Shown: in pieces, positions 1 through 12,400 of the stretch
Numbering within the stretch: the first letter of the stretch is position 1
Layout: each line of letters begins with the position of its first letter
Source of the DNA: a virus
IMG/VR virus record: IMGVR_UViG_3300042564_000781
Span: 56,668-120,667 of that record
DNA: 64,000 bases
Reading direction: 5' to 3' (one strand)
Program-made: the position numbers and the translations under genes
The notes under the pieces: generated by a model
Told to the model about the DNA's origin: nothing
The model's input: only the letters and a program-made list of their open reading frames with translations
Database searches by the model: none

Positions 1-1
1 T

Positions 2-3000
2 TTTATAGTAGAAGAAACATACGGACCAGCAGTACAATCAATTACAACAACACCTCTCGACCTTATACAAACTAAAAGAGATATTAGATCTCTAGTCGAT
101 GCAATCACATATGATCTAGCAAGAGGCGGCAACAGTCAGACTGTTGCATTTACTCTTTCATTTTTTGACGAACAGTACAGCTATAAATTTATTACGCCCA
201 GAGTTTCCTCTTCAATTACTGTTCTTATAACAGCCTTTAATCGAGTGTTTACACTAATCTCTGATATTTTAAATAATATAATAGTTGATCCAACGTTTCA
301 AACAATTTATCCGCAGATAACAGGCACTGTTGCCGGACTATCCCAAGCCCTAACGTCAGTACAATCATTTCAAAACATAGTTATTACTGCTCTAATTAAT
401 GAAAATATCAACAGTATACCTGCTCGAAATCAAGGTCTTACTGCAACTTTAATGGTTAAGACCGGAGCCTACCATGAAGAATTACCAATTGTAATTCCCG
501 CTAATACAGCACTTAATGGAGATGAACTCAGGGGTGTAATAGTTTACCCGAAGACAATTATTAATACTATTGCAACTAGATCATTTTCCGCAACAAATTT
601 ATTTAGAGTAAATACAACAGAAGGAATGATTAACAATACCGCAGTTCAGTTTGTATCAGTTAATCCAGTGTCCGGATTTAATACTGTATTCGGCGGAGTT
701 GTTGCCGGAACAACTTATTATGTAATTGGCAGCTCCATCACAAGCACTCAATTTTCAGTAAGTGCAATTCCAGGCGGCCCTCCAGTTACGCTATCAAATG
801 CTACTAGTCAAATGAAAGTATTTGGCGGCGATGCATTAAAGGACATGTTCCGTGTTCAAAATGGTTCAGGTATTAGAAACATGACATTATCTGGGCTGCT
901 AGGCACACTTACAGCACCAAATTCATTTACTACACGTCGTCCGACTGGTGGAAGTTTTGTAAGTTTAGATCCCGGAACCGGCATAGCCGATACCACAGCT
1001 CATATTTACAGAAGAAGTCCATATATTCAAAATGTAACGACTTTTGGTACAGGATGTGTTGGTTTAAAAATCGACGGCAGCTTGCACGCCCTTGGCAACA
1101 AGTCTATAGTGTGTAACGACTTTACACAAATTGTAAGTGACGGAGTTGGTATATACTGCACTGGACCCGGCGCACTTTGCGAAGCAGTGTCAGTATTTTC
1201 ATATTATGCATATGCTGGATACTTATCCGAAGCAGGCGGCCGTATACGTGCTACTAACGGCAACAGCTCATATGGTAACTTTGGAGTTATTGCTGAAGGA
1301 TTTGATACTACTGAAATCCCATCAGTTGGCACGGTATTTAATAGATACTACGAAGCCAGTGCAACTCCTATTAGTGCATTGGGCGCAACTGCTAACATTT
1401 TGAAGCTTCAATACAGTCATGCTGGGCAGGAATATATAACATCAACAACTAACTTGCTACAATATAGTAATTCATTTACTAACTGGACAAGTGACGGTAA
1501 TATTACCCTAATCCAGTCAATACTATCCCCGTTTGCTAATCAATCAGATGCATGGATTGCAACCGGTAATACCTCTGGAACTAACAGTAGCTATTTTTCA
1601 AAATCAATTACTATTGCACCATCGGGAGAAATATATACTAACATTGCTGGTATTAATATTACCGGCGGTGGCTTAGGAGCAACATTTGATATTATAGTAA
1701 CTAGTACGCAATATACAGTGACTATTAACAATGGAGGTACTGGATATGTTGCAACAAATCAGATTCGTATACTTGGCTCTCAACTAGGCGGAATTTCCGG
1801 AGTTAATGATCTAATTATTACAGTTACTGAACTATCAGGAACTACTATTACGACAATTACCTCAATTGGAGTAGTACAGATTGGTAGTGTACAACCATAT
1901 ACTGCAAGCATTTTCTGCAAACAGGGCACATCAACTACGTTTGATCTTGTAGCTACCTTTAGTGGTTATTCTGCAGCATCGAGTAGTATCAGTTACAACT
2001 TTAACACAAATACTATAACTCCGGGTAGTGCAACAGGCGGCATGACTCCTGTTGTATTTTCTGCAACGCCTATATCAACTAATCCTGGATGGGTTAGATT
2101 ATCATTTAGATTCTATGATGTATCCGGATTAAACAATACTCTTAAATTGACAATCTACCCAAGATCGCAACTAGGTAATAGCAGCTATACACTAATATAC
2201 GGAGCACAGTTAGAATTAGGCACCCGCACCGGGTTTTATCAAGAAACAACTACTGGAAGATATACAGCGTATGCAAATTATGACGTTGTAGGAGCAGGAT
2301 CCGGAGTTGATTTAGTTGCAGACGAAATTAGAGACCGTGGCATATATCAAACTCGTATATTAGAAGTTAACGGAGTTACCGGCGGAGTTGGACATAGACT
2401 ATCTACTAATAATGCACAAGCAGGCACTGACTCAACAATTACTATTGCTGGTTCAGATATTGCCGGCCCTAAGGACTATCTTGGAATGCGAGTATTTGTT
2501 AATAGCGGCTTAGGAGCAGGCCAATATGGAGCAATTTCAGCGTTTGACGCAGAATTAAAAATTGCATCAGTATTAAAAGAATCTTTTACTCAATTAGAAA
2601 TAACAACAAGTTCAAGTATTGGTAATATTTTTACGTTAGCACCAAGTGCTGATGTGTATTCATTATATAATAATCAACCAGTACAATTTGTTCCTACTAC
2701 CTACGACACTATTGTAACATTGGTAGGACAAAGTTCAGTAGAGGCAACTAGTACAATAGGAGGTCAAACTAATACTATGTATGTGACCAGCACAGCGCAG
2801 CTGACTGTTAACATGCCGGTAACATTTTCAGGAATAACCTATGGTGGCGTAACTTCAAATTTCACATATTATATAATTGCAATCCTTAACGAAAATGAAA
2901 TTCAATTAGGCTTAACAGTAGGCGGCATAGCTATCTTCTTAAATAATGATGACGGCAGCATGTCATTAAACTATCCGTCAAATACTGGGTATTTAGGTGC

Positions 3001-6000
3001 GCCGACTACTAATATGGATATAAATTTGCCAATATATTTTACAGGCGCAGTATTGTCAGAGATCGAAGCTAGTACTGATTATTTCATTAATGATGTCATT
3101 GACATTAATAATTTTACTATATCAGACACGTTAGTAACTCCTACTGCTACAAGCACCACAGCTATTAGTAATACCGTTACTGTAGATACAAGTGATACGT
3201 TAGTTCCGTTAAATCCTATTAAATTTGCAGGAACTGCATTCGGCTCAATCTTACCAAGCACTAAGTATTATATAAACCACATTGTTGACTCTACAAACAT
3301 TACTATTTCTCTCGGTACATTAACTACTACTGCAACTGCTACTCAAAATGAAGGAGAGTTAATAACAGTTGGAGATACTACTGGATTTGCTATTGGAAAT
3401 GCAATTAAATTTACAGGAACTACGTTCGGCGGTATTGTTAACGATCGAATATATTATATTTCGTACATTAATAACGCTACATCACTAATCGTTAGTTCAT
3501 CGTCGTCGGCATTATCTATTACTGCAACTAATACATCAACTAGCATCAACATTAGTGGAACCGTCTACAATAATGTTTTAACATTGATATCATCGAGTAA
3601 TTTAACACCAATGTATCCTGTAACATTTTCAGGGACTACATTTGGAAGTATCACAGCAGGTACTACGTATTTTATAAGTAGGATTTATGACTCAACTCGT
3701 ATATCAATTACTAATTCGATTATTTCAGTAACTGCAATTGAAACATCAGCAACCTCTAACTTAATACATGTCGAGTCTACTGCCGGATTTGTTGCAGGCA
3801 ACCCAATAATATTTGGAGGAGTATCATTTGGTGGTATAGTTTCAGGGCAATTATACTATATTTCTGCAGTTAACTCACCCACAGACTTTACAATTAGTAC
3901 AACGCCAACTGGATCAGCAGTGGTATTAACGGCCGGCACCGGAAGTATTACAGCAAGAACTCCTGCAGTAAATACTACAGTAACTACAGCAACTGGTTCG
4001 ATGATTGGAACTACTAGGGCTAGTGCTAGTCCAGTATTATTAACTTCTGCAATTGGGCTGTGTATTGTTAGGACAACCAGCTCAACAATCACTTTATCAA
4101 CTGCTACGGGCCTATTAACCGGTACATCAACTACCGTAAAGAAACAATTCACTAGTGATGCAGGCTCTATGGTAGGTACTTTTAGTGTACCTATACTTGG
4201 TGGTATTACTCAAGGAATCACCTACTACGTCCGTACTATTACACCGGGTGTATCAAATACATTTACAATAACAGCTACAAGTGGCGGCGGGACTAATGTA
4301 ACACTAACAGATACAGTAGGTTCTATGAAGATAGGGCAGATAGGCTGGGATCATATAAATCCAGGAACACCATTAGTAGCATCGTTTGACTCCACATCTG
4401 TGTACAGTATTGAGCCACGAATTATATATTCTAAACCCAATTTTACATCAACTAGCTCATTAGCTACTACACAAGCAGTTGGGGTTTCTTATGTTGATAT
4501 AGGATACGGCGGCGGTAAATTTACCGGACTTGCTAATGCTGATTCGACATTAACAGTTAGTGAAGATGGAGTACTATGGACACCACAATCATTACCATCT
4601 TCTGCAACATGGTCTAGTATTGCTTACGGAAGCAGTTATTGGGTGATTATATCATCCGGGGGTAGTGGTATTTCTGGCTCTAAAGTATTATACTCAAATA
4701 GCAATTTAGCAACATGGAAAACATCCTACTTGCCAAGTATTGGAAATTGGAGTAAAGTAGCGTACGGAAACGGAAAATTTGTTGCTATCACAAGCAATTC
4801 TGCAAGTTCGTCGTACTCATTAAATTTTGGCGCTACTTGGGTAGCAGGCACAGGATTACCTAATACTACATGGTCAGGACTAACATATGGCGCTGGCACA
4901 TTTGTTGCAGTAGCAACAGGCGGAACTCAGGCTGCAAGAAGTACTGATGGAATTACATGGGCATCTAGCACATTACCTAATTCAACTGCATGGTCGGGCG
5001 TTGCGTATGGAAACGGAAGATTCGTTGCAGTGTCATCAACTTTATCTAAAGCAGCATATAGCCTAGATGGGATTACATGGAGTCAATCATTATACAGTGT
5101 GCTCGGAACTAATATTGCCTATGGAAACGGAGTATTTATTTTAGCAGGAGATGACCCATTTTGTTATACAAGCGAAGATGGAATTGTATGGACCAAAACA
5201 GCAGTCGTTCCGGGTGTTGGACGAATGGTGTATGGATTATATGGTGTAAACGGAAGATTTGCATCAGTTAGTGGCCAGGATACGGCAATGGTAATTACTG
5301 CAGGCAGTCAGACTAAAGCAAGAGCCAGTGTTGCTGGTGGAAAAATTATAGAGATTAACGAATGGGATCCAGGTTCAAATTATATAAATTCCCCAACAGT
5401 AACCATAGTCGATGCTAATGCTACAGTTTTAACAGCAACGTCGCCACTACTTGGCTCTGGTGTATTAGGAAATCCTACATTTATTAATCGAGGCACAGGA
5501 TATAATACTAATACTACTACTATTACAATTACAGGAGATGGGTATGCTGAACGTTTTCAAACTGGTCTAGGAATCATTATTAGCAATTTGATAGTATTGC
5601 CAGTAGCCGGTGATAATCTTGCAATCGCTGGGAACGACACAATCTATAAAGTAACGTCTGCAACACTATTAGATGGATCAATTACTCCAAACATTATTGC
5701 TGAAGTATTTGTGTCACCTGAAATAACAGTTGGCTTATCACCTAATCAGGGAGTGCCTGTATCAATCAGGACAAAATACAGTCAAGTACGATTAACTAAT
5801 CATGACTACTTGAACATTGGATACGGAAACTTTGAAGAATCAAATTATCCATTGCTACCAGCAAGCACAGTATTGTCGCAAGAGAATGAGGCAGTTGATG
5901 CTAACTATGGCCGTGTGTTTTATTCTTCAACAGACCAAGACGGTAACTTCCGAGTTGGTAAACTATTTGCGGTTGAGCAGGCTACTGGTATTATTACGCT

Positions 6001-6421
6001 AAGTGCTAGTCAATTTGGACTAAGCGGACTAAATGAACTTAAAATTGGTGGCGTTGCAGTCGGCGGCAACAGTGTTATTATTACACAGTTTAGTACAGAC
6101 TCTACGTTTGTTGCAAATTCTAATAGCATTGTGCCAACACAAAAAGCAATTAAGGCATACTTAGGTGCAAAATTAACACAGGGTGGATCTAATACATTTA
6201 CCGGGCAATTAATTGCTGGTACTGTGTTAGTCGGCGGACCTGATAAGATTGCCAGTACTATTGTTGAAGGTAACGATGGATGGCATATAAACATGCCAAA
6301 TACAGTCGATGTAACGGGTGTAAATGACGGGAACGGCGGCGGCGCTGGCGGCTGGGATGGCGACGGAATGGCAATGGCATTCTTTCAAATGTCCTTTGCC
6401 CCAGGAAGTGCTGATCAATAA
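2..6421 (+). CDS. Giant virion structural/tail-fibre-like protein, 5'-truncated (pectin-lyase-like beta-helix, small beta-domain repeats, BNR-type propeller repeats)
   Basis: The frame is open from position 2 (FIVEETYG...KRDIRSLVDAITYDLARGGN), upstream of the GTG at 245, so the gene starts before the window. It is Thr/Ser/Gly-rich, has WxxIAYGNGKFVAI repeats, and shares its C-terminal KYSQVRLTxHD...STDQDGNF module with the next gene. Confidence 0.8.
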   Translation, partial: FIVEETYGPAVQSITTTPLDLIQTKRDIRSLVDAITYDLARGGNSQTVAFTLSFFDEQYSYKFITPRVSSSITVLITAFNRVFTLISDILNNIIVDPTFQTIYPQITGTVAGLSQALTSVQSFQNIVITALINENINSIPARNQGLTATLMVKTGAYHEELPIVIPANTALNGDELRGVIVYPKTIINTIATRSFSATNLFRVNTTEGMINNTAVQFVSVNPVSGFNTVFGGVVAGTTYYVIGSSITSTQFSVSAIPGGPPVTLSNATSQMKVFGGDALKDMFRVQNGSGIRNMTLSGLLGTLTAPNSFTTRRPTGGSFVSLDPGTGIADTTAHIYRRSPYIQNVTTFGTGCVGLKIDGSLHALGNKSIVCNDFTQIVSDGVGIYCTGPGALCEAVSVFSYYAYAGYLSEAGGRIRATNGNSSYGNFGVIAEGFDTTEIPSVGTVFNRYYEASATPISALGATANILKLQYSHAGQEYITSTTNLLQYSNSFTNWTSDGNITLIQSILSPFANQSDAWIATGNTSGTNSSYFSKSITIAPSGEIYTNIAGINITGGGLGATFDIIVTSTQYTVTINNGGTGYVATNQIRILGSQLGGISGVNDLIITVTELSGTTITTITSIGVVQIGSVQPYTASIFCKQGTSTTFDLVATFSGYSAASSSISYNFNTNTITPGSATGGMTPVVFSATPISTNPGWVRLSFRFYDVSGLNNTLKLTIYPRSQLGNSSYTLIYGAQLELGTRTGFYQETTTGRYTAYANYDVVGAGSGVDLVADEIRDRGIYQTRILEVNGVTGGVGHRLSTNNAQAGTDSTITIAGSDIAGPKDYLGMRVFVNSGLGAGQYGAISAFDAELKIASVLKESFTQLEITTSSSIGNIFTLAPSADVYSLYNNQPVQFVPTTYDTIVTLVGQSSVEATSTIGGQTNTMYVTSTAQLTVNMPVTFSGITYGGVTSNFTYYIIAILNENEIQLGLTVGGIAIFLNNDDGSMSLNYPSNTGYLGAPTTNMDINLPIYFTGAVLSEIEASTDYFINDVIDINNFTISDTLVTPTATSTTAISNTVTVDTSDTLVPLNPIKFAGTAFGSILPSTKYYINHIVDSTNITISLGTLTTTATATQNEGELITVGDTTGFAIGNAIKFTGTTFGGIVNDRIYYISYINNATSLIVSSSSSALSITATNTSTSINISGTVYNNVLTLISSSNLTPMYPVTFSGTTFGSITAGTTYFISRIYDSTRISITNSIISVTAIETSATSNLIHVESTAGFVAGNPIIFGGVSFGGIVSGQLYYISAVNSPTDFTISTTPTGSAVVLTAGTGSITARTPAVNTTVTTATGSMIGTTRASASPVLLTSAIGLCIVRTTSSTITLSTATGLLTGTSTTVKKQFTSDAGSMVGTFSVPILGGITQGITYYVRTITPGVSNTFTITATSGGGTNVTLTDTVGSMKIGQIGWDHINPGTPLVASFDSTSVYSIEPRIIYSKPNFTSTSSLATTQAVGVSYVDIGYGGGKFTGLANADSTLTVSEDGVLWTPQSLPSSATWSSIAYGSSYWVIISSGGSGISGSKVLYSNSNLATWKTSYLPSIGNWSKVAYGNGKFVAITSNSASSSYSLNFGATWVAGTGLPNTTWSGLTYGAGTFVAVATGGTQAARSTDGITWASSTLPNSTAWSGVAYGNGRFVAVSSTLSKAAYSLDGITWSQSLYSVLGTNIAYGNGVFILAGDDPFCYTSEDGIVWTKTAVVPGVGRMVYGLYGVNGRFASVSGQDTAMVITAGSQTKARASVAGGKIIEINEWDPGSNYINSPTVTIVDANATVLTATSPLLGSGVLGNPTFINRGTGYNTNTTTITITGDGYAERFQTGLGIIISNLIVLPVAGDNLAIAGNDTIYKVTSATLLDGSITPNIIAEVFVSPEITVGLSPNQGVPVSIRTKYSQVRLTNHDYLNIGYGNFEESNYPLLPASTVLSQENEAVDANYGRVFYSSTDQDGNFRVGKLFAVEQATGIITLSASQFGLSGLNELKIGGVAVGGNSVIITQFSTDSTFVANSNSIVPTQKAIKAYLGAKLTQGGSNTFTGQLIAGTVLVGGPDKIASTIVEGNDGWHINMPNTVDVTGVNDGNGGGAGGWDGDGMAMAFFQMSFAPGSADQ

Positions 6422-6442
6422 AATTGAAATATTAAACTAAGA

Positions 6443-6448
6443 TAAATA
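6443..6448 (+). promoter_or_regulatory. T4-type late promoter core (gaTAAATA)
   Basis: Matches the TATAAATA late -10 element and lies just upstream of the AAGGA Shine-Dalgarno (SD) site and ATG at 6471. Confidence 0.55.
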
Positions 6449-6470
6449 TAATGTAAAAGGACGAAAGCAA

Positions 6471-9400
6471 ATGGCTGAATTTAAACTAGGTAGAATTAGA
6501 TTTGTATGGAAAGGTCAGTGGACCGTTGGAACTCCATATCTAATAGATGACGTGGTAAGCAACGGCGGAAAGAGTTATATTTGTGTTGTAAATCACACTG
6601 CTTCTAGTCTTTTCGATACTGATTTGGACTATCCAGGAGTACCAAGATGGGAAATTGTCGCCGACGGAACACAATGGAATGGCAACTGGGAACCAGAGAC
6701 ATATTACAATCCGGGTGCAGTTGTCAAATACGGTGCATTAGTTTATATTTGTAAAACTGGTCACACATCGGCTACATATGTAGCACCTACTTATTTGGGA
6801 CTAGAAGACGATCAAGTAAACTGGGAATTGTTTGCTACTTCATTTAGCTGGGAAGGCACTTGGACAACTGCTACTCGATATAGACTTAATGATTTTGTAG
6901 TTTACGGCGGCACTACCTATGTATGTAATACTCCGCATATTTCTGCTGCAATCTCAGCAAGCATAACGGCAACTAATTTTACAGTCCTTGCCGGAACTGC
7001 TACCCTAACATTTGCATCAAAAGTAGTTGCACCATATGCTGTAGGAGCAACAATTACCTTAGCAGGCTTTAGTCCAGCAGCTACTACTTCTCCAGCAAAT
7101 AATATTAATACAACCTTTACTGTATTAACCTGCACTACAACCCAATTAACATTTGCGCTAACAGGTACATATACTAATTCGGTATTAGGTACTGTATCCG
7201 GAACAAGCCAGTTGGGATTAGAACTTGACGCAGCAAAATGGGATACGTTTAATCAAGGAATTACCTATCTAGGAGATTGGAATTCTGCAAGCCTTCCAGG
7301 CGGAGCCAATGTTAGATATAAGCAAAACGATATTGTAAAATGGGGAGCAGATCTATGGATCTGTATAACCCCACATACGTCAACCGGAGCAACAATAGAC
7401 ACTAGTAAGTTTAGTGTGTTTGTTAATGGATTCCAATTTGAAAATAGTTGGAATAATTCAACAGTATATCAAATAGGAGATACAATAACGTACGGCGGCT
7501 ATTCGTATATTGCTAAAACAAATCATACCAACAAACAACCAACTAGTAATCCTAGTGACTGGGCTGTATTTACTACGGGTATTAATTTTGTAGGTGAATA
7601 TGATGAAACTACTAATTATCGAGTTGGCGATCTTATTCGTAACGGTGCATACACATATATTGCTAGACTTGATAGTTTAGCGCAAACCCCTGTATCAGCA
7701 ACTACTTACTGGGCAAGATTGAATAGTGGATTACGCTGGACTAACACACCTGAAACTTATCTAGCAGTTGATTCAGTTGCTGTGTTACCCGGAGTAGGTA
7801 GCGGTGCTAAATTTGATGTTACTCGCACTGGCACTGTGTATAATGTTACGCTAACTTCAGGACAGGCTGGAATAAATTATGCGGCTCTTGATCGAATTAA
7901 AATTCTTGGCAGCAACCTCGGCGGCATTAGTCCAGCCAATGATATTACAATTACTGTTGTAACAGTTTCAACTAGCGCAGTTGCAACATTTACAGCATCT
8001 GGTCGATCAGTAACCTGGACAGTTGACACAGATTACTTATTAGGCGACACTGCATCATTTGGTGCGAATAGTTATATCTGCATTGATGCACATACTTCAA
8101 GTTCACTAAACAGACCAGATGCTGACGCACAGGGAGACTATTGGAATCTGTTAACAGCTGGTTCAGAATATAATATTCTTACAACCACAGGTGATCTAGT
8201 ATACTACGGCGACAACGGCCCTGAAAGACTGCCGGTTGGAACAAACGGCCAAGTGTTACGAAGCCAAGACGGCGTTCCAGTCTGGGCCAACTACGGATTA
8301 ATTAATAACTTAGTGTTTGTAGGACCATTGGGCCGAGATGTTGCTTACCCTGATGCTGGCTCAACGATTGACCAACCTTGGAAAAGTGTAAGGTATGCAG
8401 CTAAACAAGTTGAAGAAGGATACTTAAATCCGCAAGCTAAGATGCTGTTAGTTAAAAACAAACAGTTTATGATGAAAGAAATTACCAACTGGGTAAATTA
8501 TACTTATACTGTTAGAATTTCAGCCGCTGATTCCTTAGACGACATATTCACCTGTATCACTACTGTTAATCTAGTAGTAAATATGCCTATTAGTTTTACT
8601 GGAACAATTGGAGGAGTTACAGCAGGTGTAACTTATTATGTTAAAACTATTGTTAACGGTACAACATTTACAATTTCAGACTTGTCTGGAGGTACATTAC
8701 GTCAGTTAACTACCGGCTCGGGCACAATGACTGGATCATTGGTGTATGACTATGCGTTCTGCGAACGAGATACTGGATTAATTGTTGACGCATTAATTCA
8801 TGATATTACACACGGAGGCACCGGCAAAATTACTGCTGCCGCAAAAGCATACTATACTGCCGCAGGTAACGCTTACATTAATAACAATTTTGGTGCACAA
8901 ACTACACAAACCGTTGCAGCATACACTTATCTAAGTACCCTAGTAGAAAAAATCCTTGGCAATATTGCTTGGAGAAATTACCAAGCAATGAATGGAATTA
9001 CATCAGGTGTAATTCAAATAGTTGATACTTCATTTACTGCCGAAGCAGGCACTTCTATCACAGCAGCTGAATTACTGTCAATTATTACAAACGGCATTCT
9101 TGCAGGGTCAGTAACCGCTATACCTGTTGCAATTTATCCTAATACTACTATTTCAGTTAAAACTGGAACGTTCACAGAAGTGCTACCAATTGTGATTTCT
9201 CCATATACTGCGGTAGTAGGAGATGAATTACGTAGTTCAGTTATTCAACCAGCTACTGCAAATCCATTGTTAGCTACTGATAAAGCAAAAACTACATCAG
9301 CATTGAATCGTATTGCCTCAGTAGCCGGCGATATTGTGCAAAACATCGTAGTAACTCCTACAGTAGGAAATACTGAAACACAATATTATGTCGGCGGATA

Positions 9401-12400
9401 TGCGGGTAGTGGAACAACATCAACTGCTGTTGGAGCAAAAACTACTGTTATATCAACAATTTTATCAGGCGGCCTTGGCTCAGTTCCATCAACTGTAATT
9501 TCAGATCCTGCCGGATATGATGCTGGATATTTAAATGCACGTAGATTAGTTGTAGCTAACAAGGCATTCTTACAAGCAGAAATTAGTGCATGGATTAATG
9601 TACAAATAGCAGGTAATATTGCTCCGTTTGTTGGATTCACTTATGGTGGCACTGATCAAACAAACTGTGAACGAGATGTAGGGTATATTGTCGATGCTCT
9701 ACGATACGATTTAACCTATGGCGGGAACTTGGAAACTATTGTAGCTGCTCGAGCATACTATTCTTATGGATCATATGTTGGTGACTCTGCTTCAAAGCTT
9801 CGTGCGTTAGCAGTACAAAATCGTATTAAGAGTATCATTGATAATATTGCCGTCGGAGATAATTCAGGCTGGACTAAGTCTGTAGGCAATGCACTTAACC
9901 AGGATGATTCGTTACCACACGGATCTGTACCAGCGGGCGCATTTGCACAAGCACGTATCCAAGAAATATACAATACAATTGACACAGGGGTAACTCCAGA
10001 TACAATTGAACCTCCGACTAGTTGGGTTAGCAATGATCTTGTTCTAGCTAAAATAGCAATTACAAATTTAAAGGCTGGCATACAAGCTGGAGCAATTGAG
10101 TACATTAGTACAAAGTATCCAACATTAACATACAACACAGTCACTTGTTCTCGAGATGTTGGCTATATGGTTGATGCTGTAGCATACGATGTAATGTTTG
10201 GTAGTAATTTTAGATCTATTACGGCTGGTAGAAGTTACTATAGAGCAACAGCATCTGCACAGTATGTAATTGCAAACCAACTAGCAGCGACATTAGATAC
10301 TATAACATATATTGACACAGCGATTAGACAAATAACAACCGGTCAATCTGGCTCAGTTGGTAGCACATTAGCTGTTTCGAGAGTAGAGACTAGTGCCAAT
10401 ACTATGTATGATATTATTGCTAGCGGGTTAGGATCTATACCAACACTAGTATTACCAACACCAACTGGCGGCACCGGCAATGCATATGACAGCAATTATT
10501 TAAATGCCCGACAACAAATTGTAGAAAACTACGCATTCATCAAAGCTGAAATTGCTCAATATCTAAATGTTAACTATAATGCTGTTTGGGTAGCACTTGG
10601 TGCAACTGGCCAGGCAGGATGTGCTCGAGATATTGGCTACATCTTAGACGGAGTACGCTATGATATTACCTACGGTGGTAACTTACAATCACTAATTGTA
10701 GGTAGTGCATACTATTCAAATTACGTTTTAGCTATTGGGTCTGGTGAGCTTACTGCAACAGTTGCGGCCTACACTAGAATTAAAACAATCGTTGGACAAA
10801 TTGCACAACGTCAAACAGTAACACCTACTGTGGGTTATAGTGGTCCTTCACAATATTTAGGCGGTACCGGTGACCTAGTAGGTACCGCTGCAACCTTTGC
10901 TCAAGATCGGGTACAAGACGTTATTGATTGGGTTAGCAACGGTTACGCTAATGCAACTATTACGCCAAGTATTGCTTGGGCTAGTTCTGCACTACAAACA
11001 GCATTTGCAGAAGTTCAAGCAAAGAGATCTGAGATACAAGCTGATACGCTATGGTGGGTCTACAAGAATTATCAAAACTTAAACTTTAATGCTGATTTAT
11101 GTTCTAGAGACGCGGGCTATATTGTTGATGCGCTAAGTTATGACTTAGTATTTGGCAGTAACTTTGCTGCAATCACAGCAGGAAGAAGTTATCAACGTGC
11201 AACACCGTCGGCCCAAGTGGTAGCAACAGTACAGCGGCAAGCTGAATTAGGTTCAGTTAATTTTATCAAATATAAAGTTAAGCATATTGCAGCCTCGGGC
11301 GCAGTAGCACAGATTAATGCAATTGTTTCTGATGTGACTGGATTTATTAATGGCGGAGCAATTCCTCGAGTACAATGGACTAATCCATCAACGATTACCA
11401 GTGCATATGCTGCTGCGACCGTATTGTTAAGAGACAATGCACCATTTATTCAAGCAGAAATCACAGCATGGATCAATGTACAAATTGCGGCCAACGCTTC
11501 TGGATTTGTTGGATTACAATTCAGCAGATCAGCTTGCGAAAGAGATGTAGGTTTAATTATTGAAGCACTAGTATACGATTTAACCTATGGTTACGGTGTT
11601 GGTAATATTGGTAAAATTGCTACACTGATTGCAGGTAAAGCATATTACTCTGCACTAACAAGCGTATTACAAATAGATTCAGGCGACTCAACAGCTACAA
11701 TTGCAGCTTATAACAGATTAAAGGCTGTTGCACAGAGTGTAGTTCAAGACACCGCAGTAACTCCAAGTGCAGGTAATTCTGTATCTCAAGTAAGAGCAGT
11801 TACCGGCCAGACAGTTGGGTCAGTTGCTACTGCTACATCTGTAGGCACATTGGTTGATGTTATCACCAATATAATTACCAACGGTCTTACAACCGGTGTT
11901 CCTCAGATAACTATTTCTGCGGTTGCTGGCGGCACAACATTTACTAGCGGAACACATAACCTTGCAGTAGGAGATGTTGTTATACCACAATCTACTCCAA
12001 CTACAGGTAACGGTGGATTTGGCCTAGTTAGCGGAACAAGATACTATGTTGCATCTACACCGTTAGGCACAACATTTACATTGGCTGCATATCAAGGCGG
12101 TGCCGCAATTACTACCTTTACTAACGGTACAGGATTAACTATCGCTGCTGAGATTAACAACTTACCAAGTACAAGTTGGGTATCTGCATCTTTAGTTACT
12201 TTACGTAATGCATTACAATCAAATAAAGCAACTATTAAAAATCAGATTACACAATATATTGCTACTAACTATACTACGTTAGTATACAATTCTTCAACAT
12301 GTGAAAGAGACGTTGGCTTGATTGTTGACTACATTGCCTACGATATGATGTTTGACAGTAACTATCTAACAATAACCTCAGCAAGAAGCTATTTTAGAGC

